A DNA stretch of 63,084 bases, counting the filler, from Nanobdellota archaeon (GTDB taxonomy: Archaea; Nanobdellota; Nanobdellia; B33-G15): assembly GCA_003660925.1 (NCBI GenBank). It is 14 parts of 14 records of this genome, joined end to end, with 100 filler letters (N's around TTAATTAATTAA, not from the genome) between each part and the next. Parts side by side here need not be neighbours in the genome. Positions count along the whole stretch, not along the records: positions 1 to 4,980 come from QMVD01000048.1; positions 5,081 to 10,058 come from QMVD01000049.1; 12 more parts are not named here. One strand, 5' to 3'. Under the pieces are notes generated by a model. It made no database searches. It worked only from the letters and a program-made list of their open reading frames with translations, and was not told the DNA's origin. Of the stretch, positions 1 through 8,034 are shown piece by piece (the first letter of the stretch is position 1; each line of letters opens with the position of its first letter). The translations under genes and the position numbers were made by a program.

Positions 1-165
1 CAGTTTCCACCCCCTCTCCTCCAATCTTTCTTTCAACTCTTTTTTCTTCATCTTTAAGGTATTCACCCTTATGCTGTCCCTCAATGGTTCCTTAGAGATC
101 TCCAAGAAGGCATCTAGGTCCTCTATTAACTTCCCATATCTCTCCACGAATTTGGGCTTGAACAT
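1..165 (-). CDS. RsmB/NOP2-family RNA m5C methyltransferase, N-terminal part (runs off window)
   Basis: Manual translation MFKPKFVERYGKLIEDLDAFLEISKEPLRDSIRVNTLK...; IRVNTLK motif, as in the paralog at 46699-47547. Confidence 0.8.
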   Translation of the reverse strand, partial: MFKPKFVERYGKLIEDLDAFLEISKEPLRDSIRVNTLKMKKKELKERLEERGWKL

Positions 166-166
166 T

Positions 167-340
167 TCAGCTCAGCTTCGGTATGAACCCTACCCTCTCC
201 AAGGTGAACCAAAGGGAAAAGAAGAACACTGCGAACCCGTAGAGGAAGAGGGTCTCCTTTCCTATGCTCTCCCAAAGCCCTTGCATCAGCCTAATCCCGA
301 TGTACATGTTTATCAAGTCCCTTATCAGCCCCCTTATCAT
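167..340 (-). CDS. Small membrane protein (57 aa), hypothetical
   Basis: 3' part of the track ORF starting at ATG 340; two hydrophobic segments; TATA-like TTTTATAAA upstream. Confidence 0.55.
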   Translation of the reverse strand: MIRGLIRDLINMYIGIRLMQGLWESIGKETLFLYGFAVFFFSLWFTLERVGFIPKLS

Positions 341-398
341 GGTTTTTATTTGAAGAAAAACTTTATAAAAGGATAGGGACAATTTCCCCTTGATTCTC

Positions 399-1013
399 AT
401 GGAGGAACTAAAGAGTGGAACTACCACTGTTGGTATAAAGTTCAAGGATGGGGTGGTGCTCGCCGCCGATAGGCAGGCGAGCATGGGGTACTTGGTAGCC
501 CACAGGAGGTTCAAGAAGATATTTCCGGTTACGGATGAGATTGCCTTGGCCATGAGCGGTTCTGTTGGAGATGCCCAGATGATCCTGAACTTCCTGAAAT
601 CGGAGATGAAGTTGTACGAGATGCAGAAGCACAAGAAGCCCAGCGTGAAGGCCTGCGCCACCTTACTGGCCAATATCATGTTTTCCAGCAGGTACTTCCC
701 CTACTACATCCAATTGCTCATAGCAGGCAGGGACGAAGATGGGTACCACGTTTACACCATAACCCCTGATGGGGCGAGCGTTGAGGACAAGTTCATAGCA
801 GCAGGGAGCGGCTCGGTAGTCGCTTACGGTTTACTTGAGGATAAATACAAAGAAGATATGGACATGAAGGAAGCGGTGAACTTGGCGGTCAGGGCGATAA
901 GCGTAGCTACTAAAAGAGACATATACACCGGGGAAGGGATAGACGTGCTGGTGATAACCAAGGAAGGGATCAGGGAGCTCAAGGAAGAGGAAGTGAAGGG
1001 ACTGGTCTCTTAG
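399..1013 (+). CDS. psmB: Proteasome beta subunit
   Basis: Short propeptide then G|TTTVGI catalytic Thr; GSGS motif; upstream of aCPSF1 as is typical in archaea. Confidence 0.96.
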   Translation: MEELKSGTTTVGIKFKDGVVLAADRQASMGYLVAHRRFKKIFPVTDEIALAMSGSVGDAQMILNFLKSEMKLYEMQKHKKPSVKACATLLANIMFSSRYFPYYIQLLIAGRDEDGYHVYTITPDGASVEDKFIAAGSGSVVAYGLLEDKYKEDMDMKEAVNLAVRAISVATKRDIYTGEGIDVLVITKEGIRELKEEEVKGLVS

Positions 1014-1028
1014 AAGGGGTTTCTCTTC

Positions 1029-2927
1029 ATGAGGAAGGAAGAATTGTTTAAGGAGATAGAATCGCGCCTCCCCTCGAACGCTGAGATAGGTGATTATGCC
1101 TTCGAGGGGGCCAACATAGTCCTATATACGGAGAACAAAGACTTCTTCCTGAAAGGGGACGATGTGATAAGGAAGATAGTGGACGCCATAAAGAAGAGGG
1201 TAAAGCTCAGGGCGGACGAGTCCTTATTGTTAGATCCGGAGAAGACAGAGGAATTCATAAGGAACCTGATCCCAAAAGAGGCGGAGCTCACCAACATCTG
1301 GTTCGACTTAAAGCGAAGTTTGGTGATCATAGAGGCGAAGAAACCAGGGCTTGCCATAGGGAGGGGAGGGGAGAACATACAGAGGATAAAGAGGGCGACC
1401 TTCTGGACCCCAAAGGTGAGGAGGAGCCCTGCTGTGAAGTCCGACATCATAAACGCCATAAGGCACATGCTCTACAAGAATTCTGATTACAGGAGGAAGT
1501 TCATGCATAAGGTGGGAGAGAGGATCTATTCGGATTGGACGAGGGACGAGAGGTACTACGTGAGGGCGAGCTTCTTGGGGGCTGCAAGGGAGGTGGGGAG
1601 GAGTGCTTTGTTACTTCAAACCCCTGAGAGCAGGGTGCTCATAGATTGTGGGATAAACGTGGCTTCAAAGGAGGAACCGTACCCCAGGTTGGACGTCCCT
1701 GAGATGGACATAAAGCACTTGGATGCGGTGATAATCACCCACTCCCATTTAGATCATTCCGGCTTCGTCCCCTTCCTGTTCAAATATGGTTACAGAGGGC
1801 CCGTTTACCTGACAGAACCGACCAGGGACATAATGACCCTCCTGCTCATAGACTACGTGGACATATGTCAGAGGGAGGGAAAGAAGCTGATTTACTCCGT
1901 AAAAGATATTGAAGAGATGGTGAAGCACACCCTCCCCTTGGAATACGAAGTGGTCACTGACATAACTCCAGACATAAGGCTCACCCTCCACAACGCGGGT
2001 CATATTTTGGGCTCATCCATGGTGCACCTGAACGTAGGTGACGGTTATCACAACATCCTTTACACAGGGGACTTGAAATATGGGGACACCAAGCTCCTTC
2101 AGAGGGCGGAGACAGAGTTCCATAGGGTGGAGACCTTGATCATAGAGAGCACTTATGGGGGGAAGAAGGACATACAGCCCAACAGGGAGGAATGCGAGCG
2201 CTTCTTGTTACAAATCATAAAAGAGACTACGGAGAGGGGAGGGAAAGTGTTAATCCCAGTCTTGGGGGTCGGGAGGTCCCAGGAGATAATCATGATCCTG
2301 GATGAGATGATAAGGAAGGGGGAATTAGACCTACCAATTTATCTGGATGGGATCGTGTGGGACGTGACCGCTATTCACACAGCTTATTTAGATTACATGA
2401 ACGAGAGGACCAAGTCTTTGGTGTTCGAGAGGGGTTACAATCCCTTCCTCTCTCCACACCTGAGGAGGGTTGGTTCTCAGAAGGAGAGGATGAAGGTGAT
2501 AGAGGAGGAAGGGCCATGCGTCATCCTGGCCACCTCAGGCATGCTGGTGGGGGGCCCATCCGTCGAGTATCTGAGGCACTTGGCGGACAACCCAAAGAAC
2601 TCCCTCATCTTCGTCTCTTATCAGGGAGAGGGCTCCTTGGGTAGGATCATCCAGAGGGGGGCGAGAGAAGTCCCCTTGGAGACCTTTGAAGGGAAAAGCA
2701 TCCTTCTCAAGATAAACTTGGAAGTTTACTCCATAGAAGGCTTTTCAGGTCACTCGGACAGGAGGCAGCTCATGAAATTCGTGGAAGACCTAACTCCAAG
2801 GCCGAGGAGGGTGATCATCGTCCACGGCGAGAACTCCAAGTGCCTCGATCTGGCGAGCTCCATCCACAAAGCCTTCAGGGTTGAGACTTCGGCCCCCAGG
2901 AACCTGGACGCCTTGAGGCTGAGGTAA
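1029..2927 (+). CDS. fttA: beta-CASP ribonuclease aCPSF1 (FttA)
   Basis: N-terminal KH domains, HSHLDH, AGHILGS, GFSGHSD motifs; 632 aa. Confidence 0.95.
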   Translation: MRKEELFKEIESRLPSNAEIGDYAFEGANIVLYTENKDFFLKGDDVIRKIVDAIKKRVKLRADESLLLDPEKTEEFIRNLIPKEAELTNIWFDLKRSLVIIEAKKPGLAIGRGGENIQRIKRATFWTPKVRRSPAVKSDIINAIRHMLYKNSDYRRKFMHKVGERIYSDWTRDERYYVRASFLGAAREVGRSALLLQTPESRVLIDCGINVASKEEPYPRLDVPEMDIKHLDAVIITHSHLDHSGFVPFLFKYGYRGPVYLTEPTRDIMTLLLIDYVDICQREGKKLIYSVKDIEEMVKHTLPLEYEVVTDITPDIRLTLHNAGHILGSSMVHLNVGDGYHNILYTGDLKYGDTKLLQRAETEFHRVETLIIESTYGGKKDIQPNREECERFLLQIIKETTERGGKVLIPVLGVGRSQEIIMILDEMIRKGELDLPIYLDGIVWDVTAIHTAYLDYMNERTKSLVFERGYNPFLSPHLRRVGSQKERMKVIEEEGPCVILATSGMLVGGPSVEYLRHLADNPKNSLIFVSYQGEGSLGRIIQRGAREVPLETFEGKSILLKINLEVYSIEGFSGHSDRRQLMKFVEDLTPRPRRVIIVHGENSKCLDLASSIHKAFRVETSAPRNLDALRLR

Positions 2928-2972
2928 GTTTTTAAAATCCGACCGAGAGTATAACCAAGGAGGTCTGACCTC

Positions 2973-3530
2973 ATGAAGTATGGTATTCTCGCACGAGAAG
3001 TCATGACGAGGAAGCCCATAACAATATCTCCAGACGCCACAGTGTATGATGCTGTAAAGAAGATGGTGAGGAACAGGGTTGGTTCGGTCTTGGTGGTTGA
3101 GGGGAAGAAGCTGTTAGGGATCCTGACTTATGGGGATGTGATGAAGCGAATAATCCTGGCGGGCAAGAGCCCGAAGAGGACTAAAGTTTCTAAGGTCATG
3201 ACCAAGAGATGCATATGCGTGGAGCCTTGGGATGACTTATACGATGTTGTCAGGGTGATGTACGAGAAGGATGTGAAGAGGTTGCCCGTGGTGGAGGATG
3301 GCAAGTTGGTCGGTCTGGTGACCATAAAGGACATCATAAGAGTTGAGCCCCACGTGTTGGACGTCCTGATAGAGAAGATAAGGGTGAGGGAACCCGAGAG
3401 GAAACCATTGTTCAGAGGCCACGAGTACAACGCGGGAGTGTGTGAGATATGTGGTAACTACTCAGATAAATTAGAGTTCAAGGGTGGCATGTGGGTCTGC
3501 CCAAAGTGCTCTGAGGAGATGGAGAAATAG
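2973..3530 (+). CDS. CBS-pair protein with C-terminal Zn ribbon
   Basis: Two CBS repeats; CEICG...CPKC. Confidence 0.9.
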   Translation: MKYGILAREVMTRKPITISPDATVYDAVKKMVRNRVGSVLVVEGKKLLGILTYGDVMKRIILAGKSPKRTKVSKVMTKRCICVEPWDDLYDVVRVMYEKDVKRLPVVEDGKLVGLVTIKDIIRVEPHVLDVLIEKIRVREPERKPLFRGHEYNAGVCEICGNYSDKLEFKGGMWVCPKCSEEMEK

Positions 3531-3565
3531 GAATTTTTTTAACTTTCCCGTGCGAATAGAAATCC

Positions 3566-4072
3566 ATGCCAGAGGAGAACCAGATAACTGGCCCTTCTAA
3601 GGTCAAATACGCGGGCATCTTTAAGATGAAGGAGGTTTACAGGGTCGCCTTCGACATCTTGACGACTGAGATGGGATATGACGTGGAGGAACAGAAGTAC
3701 AGGGAGAAGGTGACGCCAGAAGGGAAGGAGATAGAGATCATATGGATAGCTGAGAAGAAGATAAATGATTACTACAAGTTCAAGATAAAGGTGAACTTCT
3801 TCGTGGTTGGATTGAAGGAAGTGGAGGTGGAGAAGGCAGGGGTGAAGGTGAAGATGGATACGGGAGACATAGAGATCACCATAAAGTCTTACATCATCTC
3901 TGCTTGGGAAGGGAGGTGGGAGAACTCGCCGGTCCTGAAATTCCTAAAAGGAGTTTACGACAAGTACTTGATGAGGAGCTTTTATCAGGAGCTAAAGGCG
4001 AGGATATACGACGATGCCTACAAGCTTGAGAATGAGCTCAAGGCATTCTTCAACTTGAGCAGGTTCATGTGA
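3566..4072 (+). CDS. Conserved hypothetical protein
   Basis: 168-aa ORF with typical codon bias and a TATA about 25 nt upstream. Confidence 0.7.
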   Translation: MPEENQITGPSKVKYAGIFKMKEVYRVAFDILTTEMGYDVEEQKYREKVTPEGKEIEIIWIAEKKINDYYKFKIKVNFFVVGLKEVEVEKAGVKVKMDTGDIEITIKSYIISAWEGRWENSPVLKFLKGVYDKYLMRSFYQELKARIYDDAYKLENELKAFFNLSRFM

Positions 4073-4104
4073 GGCTTTAAAAAGCCTTCTTCCTTACCAT
4101 TCTC

Positions 4105-4599
4105 ATGGAAATGGAAGAGTTTATAAAAGAGCTCGTTCAAGAGAGTAAGCGTAAGCCTGTCGTGGTGGAGGGCAAAAAGGACAAGGCTGCCCTTGAGGAA
4201 CTGGGTGTTCATAATGTTCATCCCATCTCACGAAAGCCGCTGTTCAAGTTCGCTGAGGAAATCGCGAAGGAGCACAAGGAGATCATACTCCTTTTGGACA
4301 TCGATAGGGAGGGAAGGAAGATAGCCCACAAGCTCATGGAGAACTTCACCATGATGGGCTTAAAAGTGGATAGAAAATTCCAAAGGGAGATGAAAAGGTT
4401 GAGGATATCCCATGTGGAAGGAATAGGGGGGATGTATCATGGGCAAGATAGCCCCGGTTTCGGCCAAATATATAATCCACGCCAAGATCTTCGTGAAAGG
4501 CGTGGTGGAAAAACCAGACGTGATAGGCGCCATATTCGGTCAAACGGAAGGCCTCCTAGGAGAGGAATTGGAATTAAGGGAACTTCAGAAAAGCGGTAG
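4105..4599 (+). CDS. Small Toprim-domain protein (C-terminal tail overlaps dnaG)
   Basis: VVVEGKKD and DIDREG Toprim motifs. Confidence 0.85.
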   Translation: MEMEEFIKELVQESKRKPVVVEGKKDKAALEELGVHNVHPISRKPLFKFAEEIAKEHKEIILLLDIDREGRKIAHKLMENFTMMGLKVDRKFQREMKRLRISHVEGIGGMYHGQDSPGFGQIYNPRQDLRERRGGKTRRDRRHIRSNGRPPRRGIGIKGTSEKR

Positions 4600-4980
4600 G
4601 ATAGGGAGGATAGAGGTAGAACTTGACACTAGGGCTGGGAAGACGGAGGGACACATAATCATCCCCAGTTCTCTAGACAAGGCGGAGACTGCCATAGTCG
4701 CAGCAGCCATAGAGACCATCCAGAGGATAGGACCATGCGATGCGAAGGTGACGGTGGAAAAGATAGAGGATGTCAGGGTCACCAAGAGGGATTATGTGCT
4801 GAACAGGGCTAAAGAGCTCTTGAAGAGCATGGTGGAAGAGGCACCGGATTCTAAAGAGTTGGCGGATGAGGTGAAGAAGTCGTTGAGGGCCATGGAGTTG
4901 ATAGAATATGGTCCAGAGAGGCTCCCTGCTGGAGCGGGGATATACGACAGCGATGAGATCATCATAGTTGAAGGGAGGGC
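4439..4980 (+). CDS. dnaG: Archaeal DnaG primase-like protein, N-terminal part
   Basis: KPDVIGAIFGQTEGLLG, LRELQKSGRIGRI, IIVEGR; cut by contig end. Confidence 0.95.
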
Positions 4981-5080
4981 NNNNNNNNNNNNNNNNNNNN
5001 NNNNNNNNNNNNNNNNNNNNNNNNTTAATTAATTAANNNNNNNNNNNNNNNNNNNNNNNNNNNNNNNNNNNNNNNNNNNN
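4981..5080. other. Artificial contig linker N44-TTAATTAATTAA-N44; also at 10059, 15111, 20161, 25086, 29798, 34457, 38886, 43298, 47697, 51675, 55545, 59339
   Basis: Identical 100-nt spacer with stops in all six frames; contig lengths decrease monotonically. Confidence 0.99.
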
Positions 5081-5435
5081 ATGTGCTGCTGTGAGTAAGA
5101 CCATAAATCTCCCCCACTGGGCGAGTCCTGATGATGTCCTACATGCCTACCTCTTCGCCCACAGGCTGGGATGTAAAGGGATAACTATTTACAGAGAAGG
5201 GTCTAAGTCCAAGCAAGTCATCTACATGGGTTGGGGAAAGAGGAGCAGGCAGGAGGAGGTCATGAGGAGCATAGAGAACAGGACATTGGACGTGGCGAAC
5301 AAGCTGGGCATAAGGGTGGAAGAAGGGAGAGTGGAAGAGCACGTTTGTCCCAGCTGCGGGAGCGAAGATTTAATATACAAGAGTGGATGTGTTAAATGTC
5401 CAAGTTGTGGGTGGAGCGAATGCACCATAGCATGA
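5081..5435 (+). CDS. nrdJ: Class II ribonucleotide reductase, C-terminal fragment (version A)
   Basis: AVSKTINLP, GCKGITIYREGSK, C-terminal CPSCG...CPSCGWSEC. Confidence 0.88.
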
Positions 5436-5833
5436 GGAAATATCTGATCTTAGCCTTCGTCCTCACCTTGGTGATCATGATAGCTCAGAGGGTCTTCCCC
5501 ACAGGAGCTGCAGTCTCCAAGTACTACAAGGTGAAGCTAATTGTGGATGATGGGACTGGCTGGCAAGATAGACGTGAGTTATTGGTACACTCCAACTTGA
5601 CCGCTTTAGACGTCTTGAAACAAGAGTATGAAGTCAAGACGAAGTACGTAGAAGGTAAAGGATTGTTTGTGGTCGGAATCAAGACGAACAAGTGGGTGGA
5701 GGAGAAGGATCCCTACTTCTGGCACTTCTGCGTGAACGGAAAGCTCATGGAGGTGGGTGCCGATTCTTACCTGGTTGGAGACGGCGATAATCTCACCTTC
5801 GCTTATTCGGACATAGCCACGTGCCTGAGATGA
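5432..5833 (+). CDS. DUF4430-like secreted or membrane-anchored protein (version A)
   Basis: N-terminal TM helix; TALDVLK, FWHFCVNGK, VGADSY..DGD. Confidence 0.75.
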   Translation: MRKYLILAFVLTLVIMIAQRVFPTGAAVSKYYKVKLIVDDGTGWQDRRELLVHSNLTALDVLKQEYEVKTKYVEGKGLFVVGIKTNKWVEEKDPYFWHFCVNGKLMEVGADSYLVGDGDNLTFAYSDIATCLR

Positions 5834-6114
5834 GGTTGGAGGAGCTCGTGAAGAAAATCCCGAGAGGGAAGGTGACCACTTATAAAGAACTAGCCAAGGC
5901 CTTGGGAACAAGCCCTAGAGCGATAGGCCAGTTGTTGAAGAAGAGCAAGGGGATCCCGTGTCACAGGGTAGTAAGGTCCGACGGGACTTTGGGAGGTTAC
6001 AGGGGGAAGAACTGGAAGGAGAAGAAGAGGTTGTTGGAAAGAGAGGGAATCAAGATAAAAGGTAAGTTGATAGTGGACTTCGAAAAGGTCATGTTCAAGC
6101 TCTCCTCGGAGTGA
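5830..6114 (+). CDS. ogt: Methylated-DNA-protein-cysteine methyltransferase (version A)
   Basis: IPCHRVV active site; TTYKELA HTH. Confidence 0.9.
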   Translation: MRLEELVKKIPRGKVTTYKELAKALGTSPRAIGQLLKKSKGIPCHRVVRSDGTLGGYRGKNWKEKKRLLEREGIKIKGKLIVDFEKVMFKLSSE

Positions 6115-6137
6115 TGGAGGGTGAAAGTTCAAAAAAG

Positions 6138-6255
6138 TAGCGGGGGGAGGATTTGAACCTCCGACCTCCGGGTTTCCCTCGGCATCAAGATGGGCCGGTA
6201 TGAGCCCGGCGAGCACTCCAGGCTGCTTTAGGCTGGGCATCCCATCTACCCCGCT
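6138..6255 (-). tRNA. Initiator tRNA-Met(CAT) with two introns: 25 nt at 37/38 (6174-6198) and 18 nt at 10/11 (6228-6245)
   Basis: Removing both inserts gives the 75-nt cloverleaf AGCGGGG-UA-GAGC-AGCCUGGAGU-GCUC-G-CCGGG-CUCAUAA-CCCGG-AGGUC-GGAGG-UUCAAAU-CCUCC-CCCCGCU-A; A1-U72 and three G-C anticodon-stem pairs mark it as initiator; exons identical to version B. Confidence 0.95.
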
Positions 6256-6824
6256 ACCTGGAGGCCCCTTTTGTACCTCTGTACTTTCACAGAGTTGCTC
6301 TCCGTGTTAATAAAGTTAACGGGTACGTAGAGTCTGTACGAGGGAAGCCTATCTCTCTTTGATTTCTTTCTCTTCTTTAATACCACTCTCATTCCCAAGT
6401 CCTCAAGATATTTCTTGATGAGACACATCACTTTTTTGCTTGTATTAATGAGCATGATCATCCTCTCTGCAGGGTTGACATAGCCCTCAGCATCGATGAA
6501 CCCTGAGATGAAACCGATTTTAAACTCCTTAGAAGAATCAACCAAACTCTTCTTCTGAGCTATGAGGGCCTCATAAAGTCGTTTTGAGCGAACCCTCACC
6601 CTTATTGAATTATACCTCTTGTCCTTACGAAAAGATGGTTTCGTCCCAATTTTAAGCAGGAGTCCTCGTAGGAAATTGACTACATCTGTATCTTTTTCCG
6701 AGTTCAAAAAGAATTCTATGGAATAATGTCTCTGCTTTTTGTCATGGTACGCGTATCCGTCACCAAGAAAGAGACCAAAAAGATATCCTTTTTCTTTCTC
6801 GGTTAGCGAGTCCATCTTTACCAC
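6246..6824 (-). CDS. Free-standing two-motif LAGLIDADG homing endonuclease in the tRNA 5' leader (start GTG 6824 or ATG 6815)
   Basis: YLFGLFLGDG and GFISGFIDAEG motifs; AT-richer than neighbours; absent from version B. Confidence 0.9.
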   Translation of the reverse strand: MVKMDSLTEKEKGYLFGLFLGDGYAYHDKKQRHYSIEFFLNSEKDTDVVNFLRGLLLKIGTKPSFRKDKRYNSIRVRVRSKRLYEALIAQKKSLVDSSKEFKIGFISGFIDAEGYVNPAERMIMLINTSKKVMCLIKKYLEDLGMRVVLKKRKKSKRDRLPSYRLYVPVNFINTESNSVKVQRYKRGLQVAG

Positions 6825-6847
6825 GCTGTATTTGAGTGCTTGGCCTC

Positions 6848-6856
6848 TTTTTTAAA
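6848..6856 (-). promoter_or_regulatory. TATA box shared by endonuclease gene and tRNA-iMet (version A)
   Basis: AAAGTTTAAAAA, matching the element about 40 nt upstream of tRNA-iMet in version B. Confidence 0.6.
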
Positions 6857-6858
6857 CT

Positions 6859-8034
6859 TTAACTTATCACGTTCATTCTCGGGAAGAACAAGGATGGGGA
6901 AGCTATCTTGTCCTCTTGCCTCAGGTCATCCCCCACTTCCACTTCTTTGAGGAGTTCGAAGACGTTCCCCGAGATCATGACGTTCTTCAAGGGGATCCAC
7001 TTTCCACCTTTGATCAAGAAGGCGTTCTCAGTATTTAAGGAGAAATCCCCGTTGCTCTCATTGGCTGTGTGAACCCCAACGAGGTGTTTCACGTATATCC
7101 CTTCCCGTTCCAACTTCCTCCTCGGCTTCACTATCAGGTTCCTCTCCGAGACGTTCGGCCTCTTCCTGAGGTGAAGGAAGTTCCCTGTGCTTTCCTTCCT
7201 CTCCTTCCTCGCGGTCGTGAAGTCGTAAAGGAACCCTTTCACTTTCCCTCTCTTTATTAAGAGGGTTCTCTTACATGGGACACCTTCGCCGTCGAAGGGA
7301 GCGGTGTTCAACCCGAAGGGGAGCAAGCCATCATCATATATTGTGAGGTTCTTTGAGAATTCCCACCCAACTGCCTTCGAGACACCCTTCTGGACGAGGT
7401 CCGCGTGGAAGTGGGAGGAGATGATGGACAAAAGGTCGGCGGATGCTGTGGGACTCAGGGTAACGGGGTAAACCCCTTTCCTAATCCTCCTCTTTCCCAG
7501 TGAGAGCTTACAGAGTTCGTATGCTTTTTTTCCGACCCAGGAGAAATCCTCGAACTTCCGGGTGATATGGCTCTCGTATGAAATGGCGTTCCTGTGTTTC
7601 ACCTCCACCTCCCCGCTCAAGGAGGCCACTTTGTACCTCCCCTTTACCCCGTTCGAGTTCTCGAACTCCACTTCTCCGATCTCCCTGGAAAAAGAAGCAT
7701 AGGTGTTCCACGGGGTTATCAAGCTCTCAGCCAAGTCTAGGAGCTCCTTCTCCGTAAGCCCCAGGATCCTCTTGTCGAAGAGTTTCACCTTCTCATACTT
7801 AGAAGGTTTGGGTAACCCGAAGAACTCTGTCCGCTTCGCATATTTCAGCATTCGCTTCGTCCTCTTCAGGCATCTCTCCTCATCCGTTCCCGAGCAAAAG
7901 ACGCTCTTACCTTCCTTCGTCAGCCTGATACCCACAGTCTTCAACGCCTTTTCCTCCACCTCCCTGAGCTTCCCCTTCCTGAAAATGAAGGTCATCACGT
8001 TTCTCTTGGTGACTACCTTCTCAAGTCCTTCCAC
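6859..8034 (-). CDS. PmbA/TldE-family protein (version A)
   Basis: PFDGEGVP, STGN, GDFS, MISGNVFELL; downstream of TldD. Confidence 0.88.
   Translation of the reverse strand: MEGLEKVVTKRNVMTFIFRKGKLREVEEKALKTVGIRLTKEGKSVFCSGTDEERCLKRTKRMLKYAKRTEFFGLPKPSKYEKVKLFDKRILGLTEKELLDLAESLITPWNTYASFSREIGEVEFENSNGVKGRYKVASLSGEVEVKHRNAISYESHITRKFEDFSWVGKKAYELCKLSLGKRRIRKGVYPVTLSPTASADLLSIISSHFHADLVQKGVSKAVGWEFSKNLTIYDDGLLPFGLNTAPFDGEGVPCKRTLLIKRGKVKGFLYDFTTARKERKESTGNFLHLRKRPNVSERNLIVKPRRKLEREGIYVKHLVGVHTANESNGDFSLNTENAFLIKGGKWIPLKNVMISGNVFELLKEVEVGDDLRQEDKIASPSLFFPRMNVIS

Noticed and set aside
4420..4599. 161-nt Toprim/dnaG overlap as a programmed frameshift fusion
   Set aside because: It hinges on a G6 run that doubles as the dnaG SD; one extra G would end the ORF normally. 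A stop loss or homopolymer error is simpler
4981..5080. Recurring TTAATTAATTAA within N runs as a biological repeat
   Set aside because: Artificial stop-in-all-frames linker; ORFs running into it are truncated by assembly, not pseudogenes
5081..5100. Both RNR fragments starting at the same base, suggesting an intein or mobile junction
   Set aside because: The codon before the Cys ends in A, so it is not Asn; a strain-bubble assembly break explains it
5890..6240. Track ORFs overlapping tRNA genes (also 16969-17214, 52961-53245 and the 5' part of 22733-23362)
   Set aside because: Shadow frames across tRNA sequence
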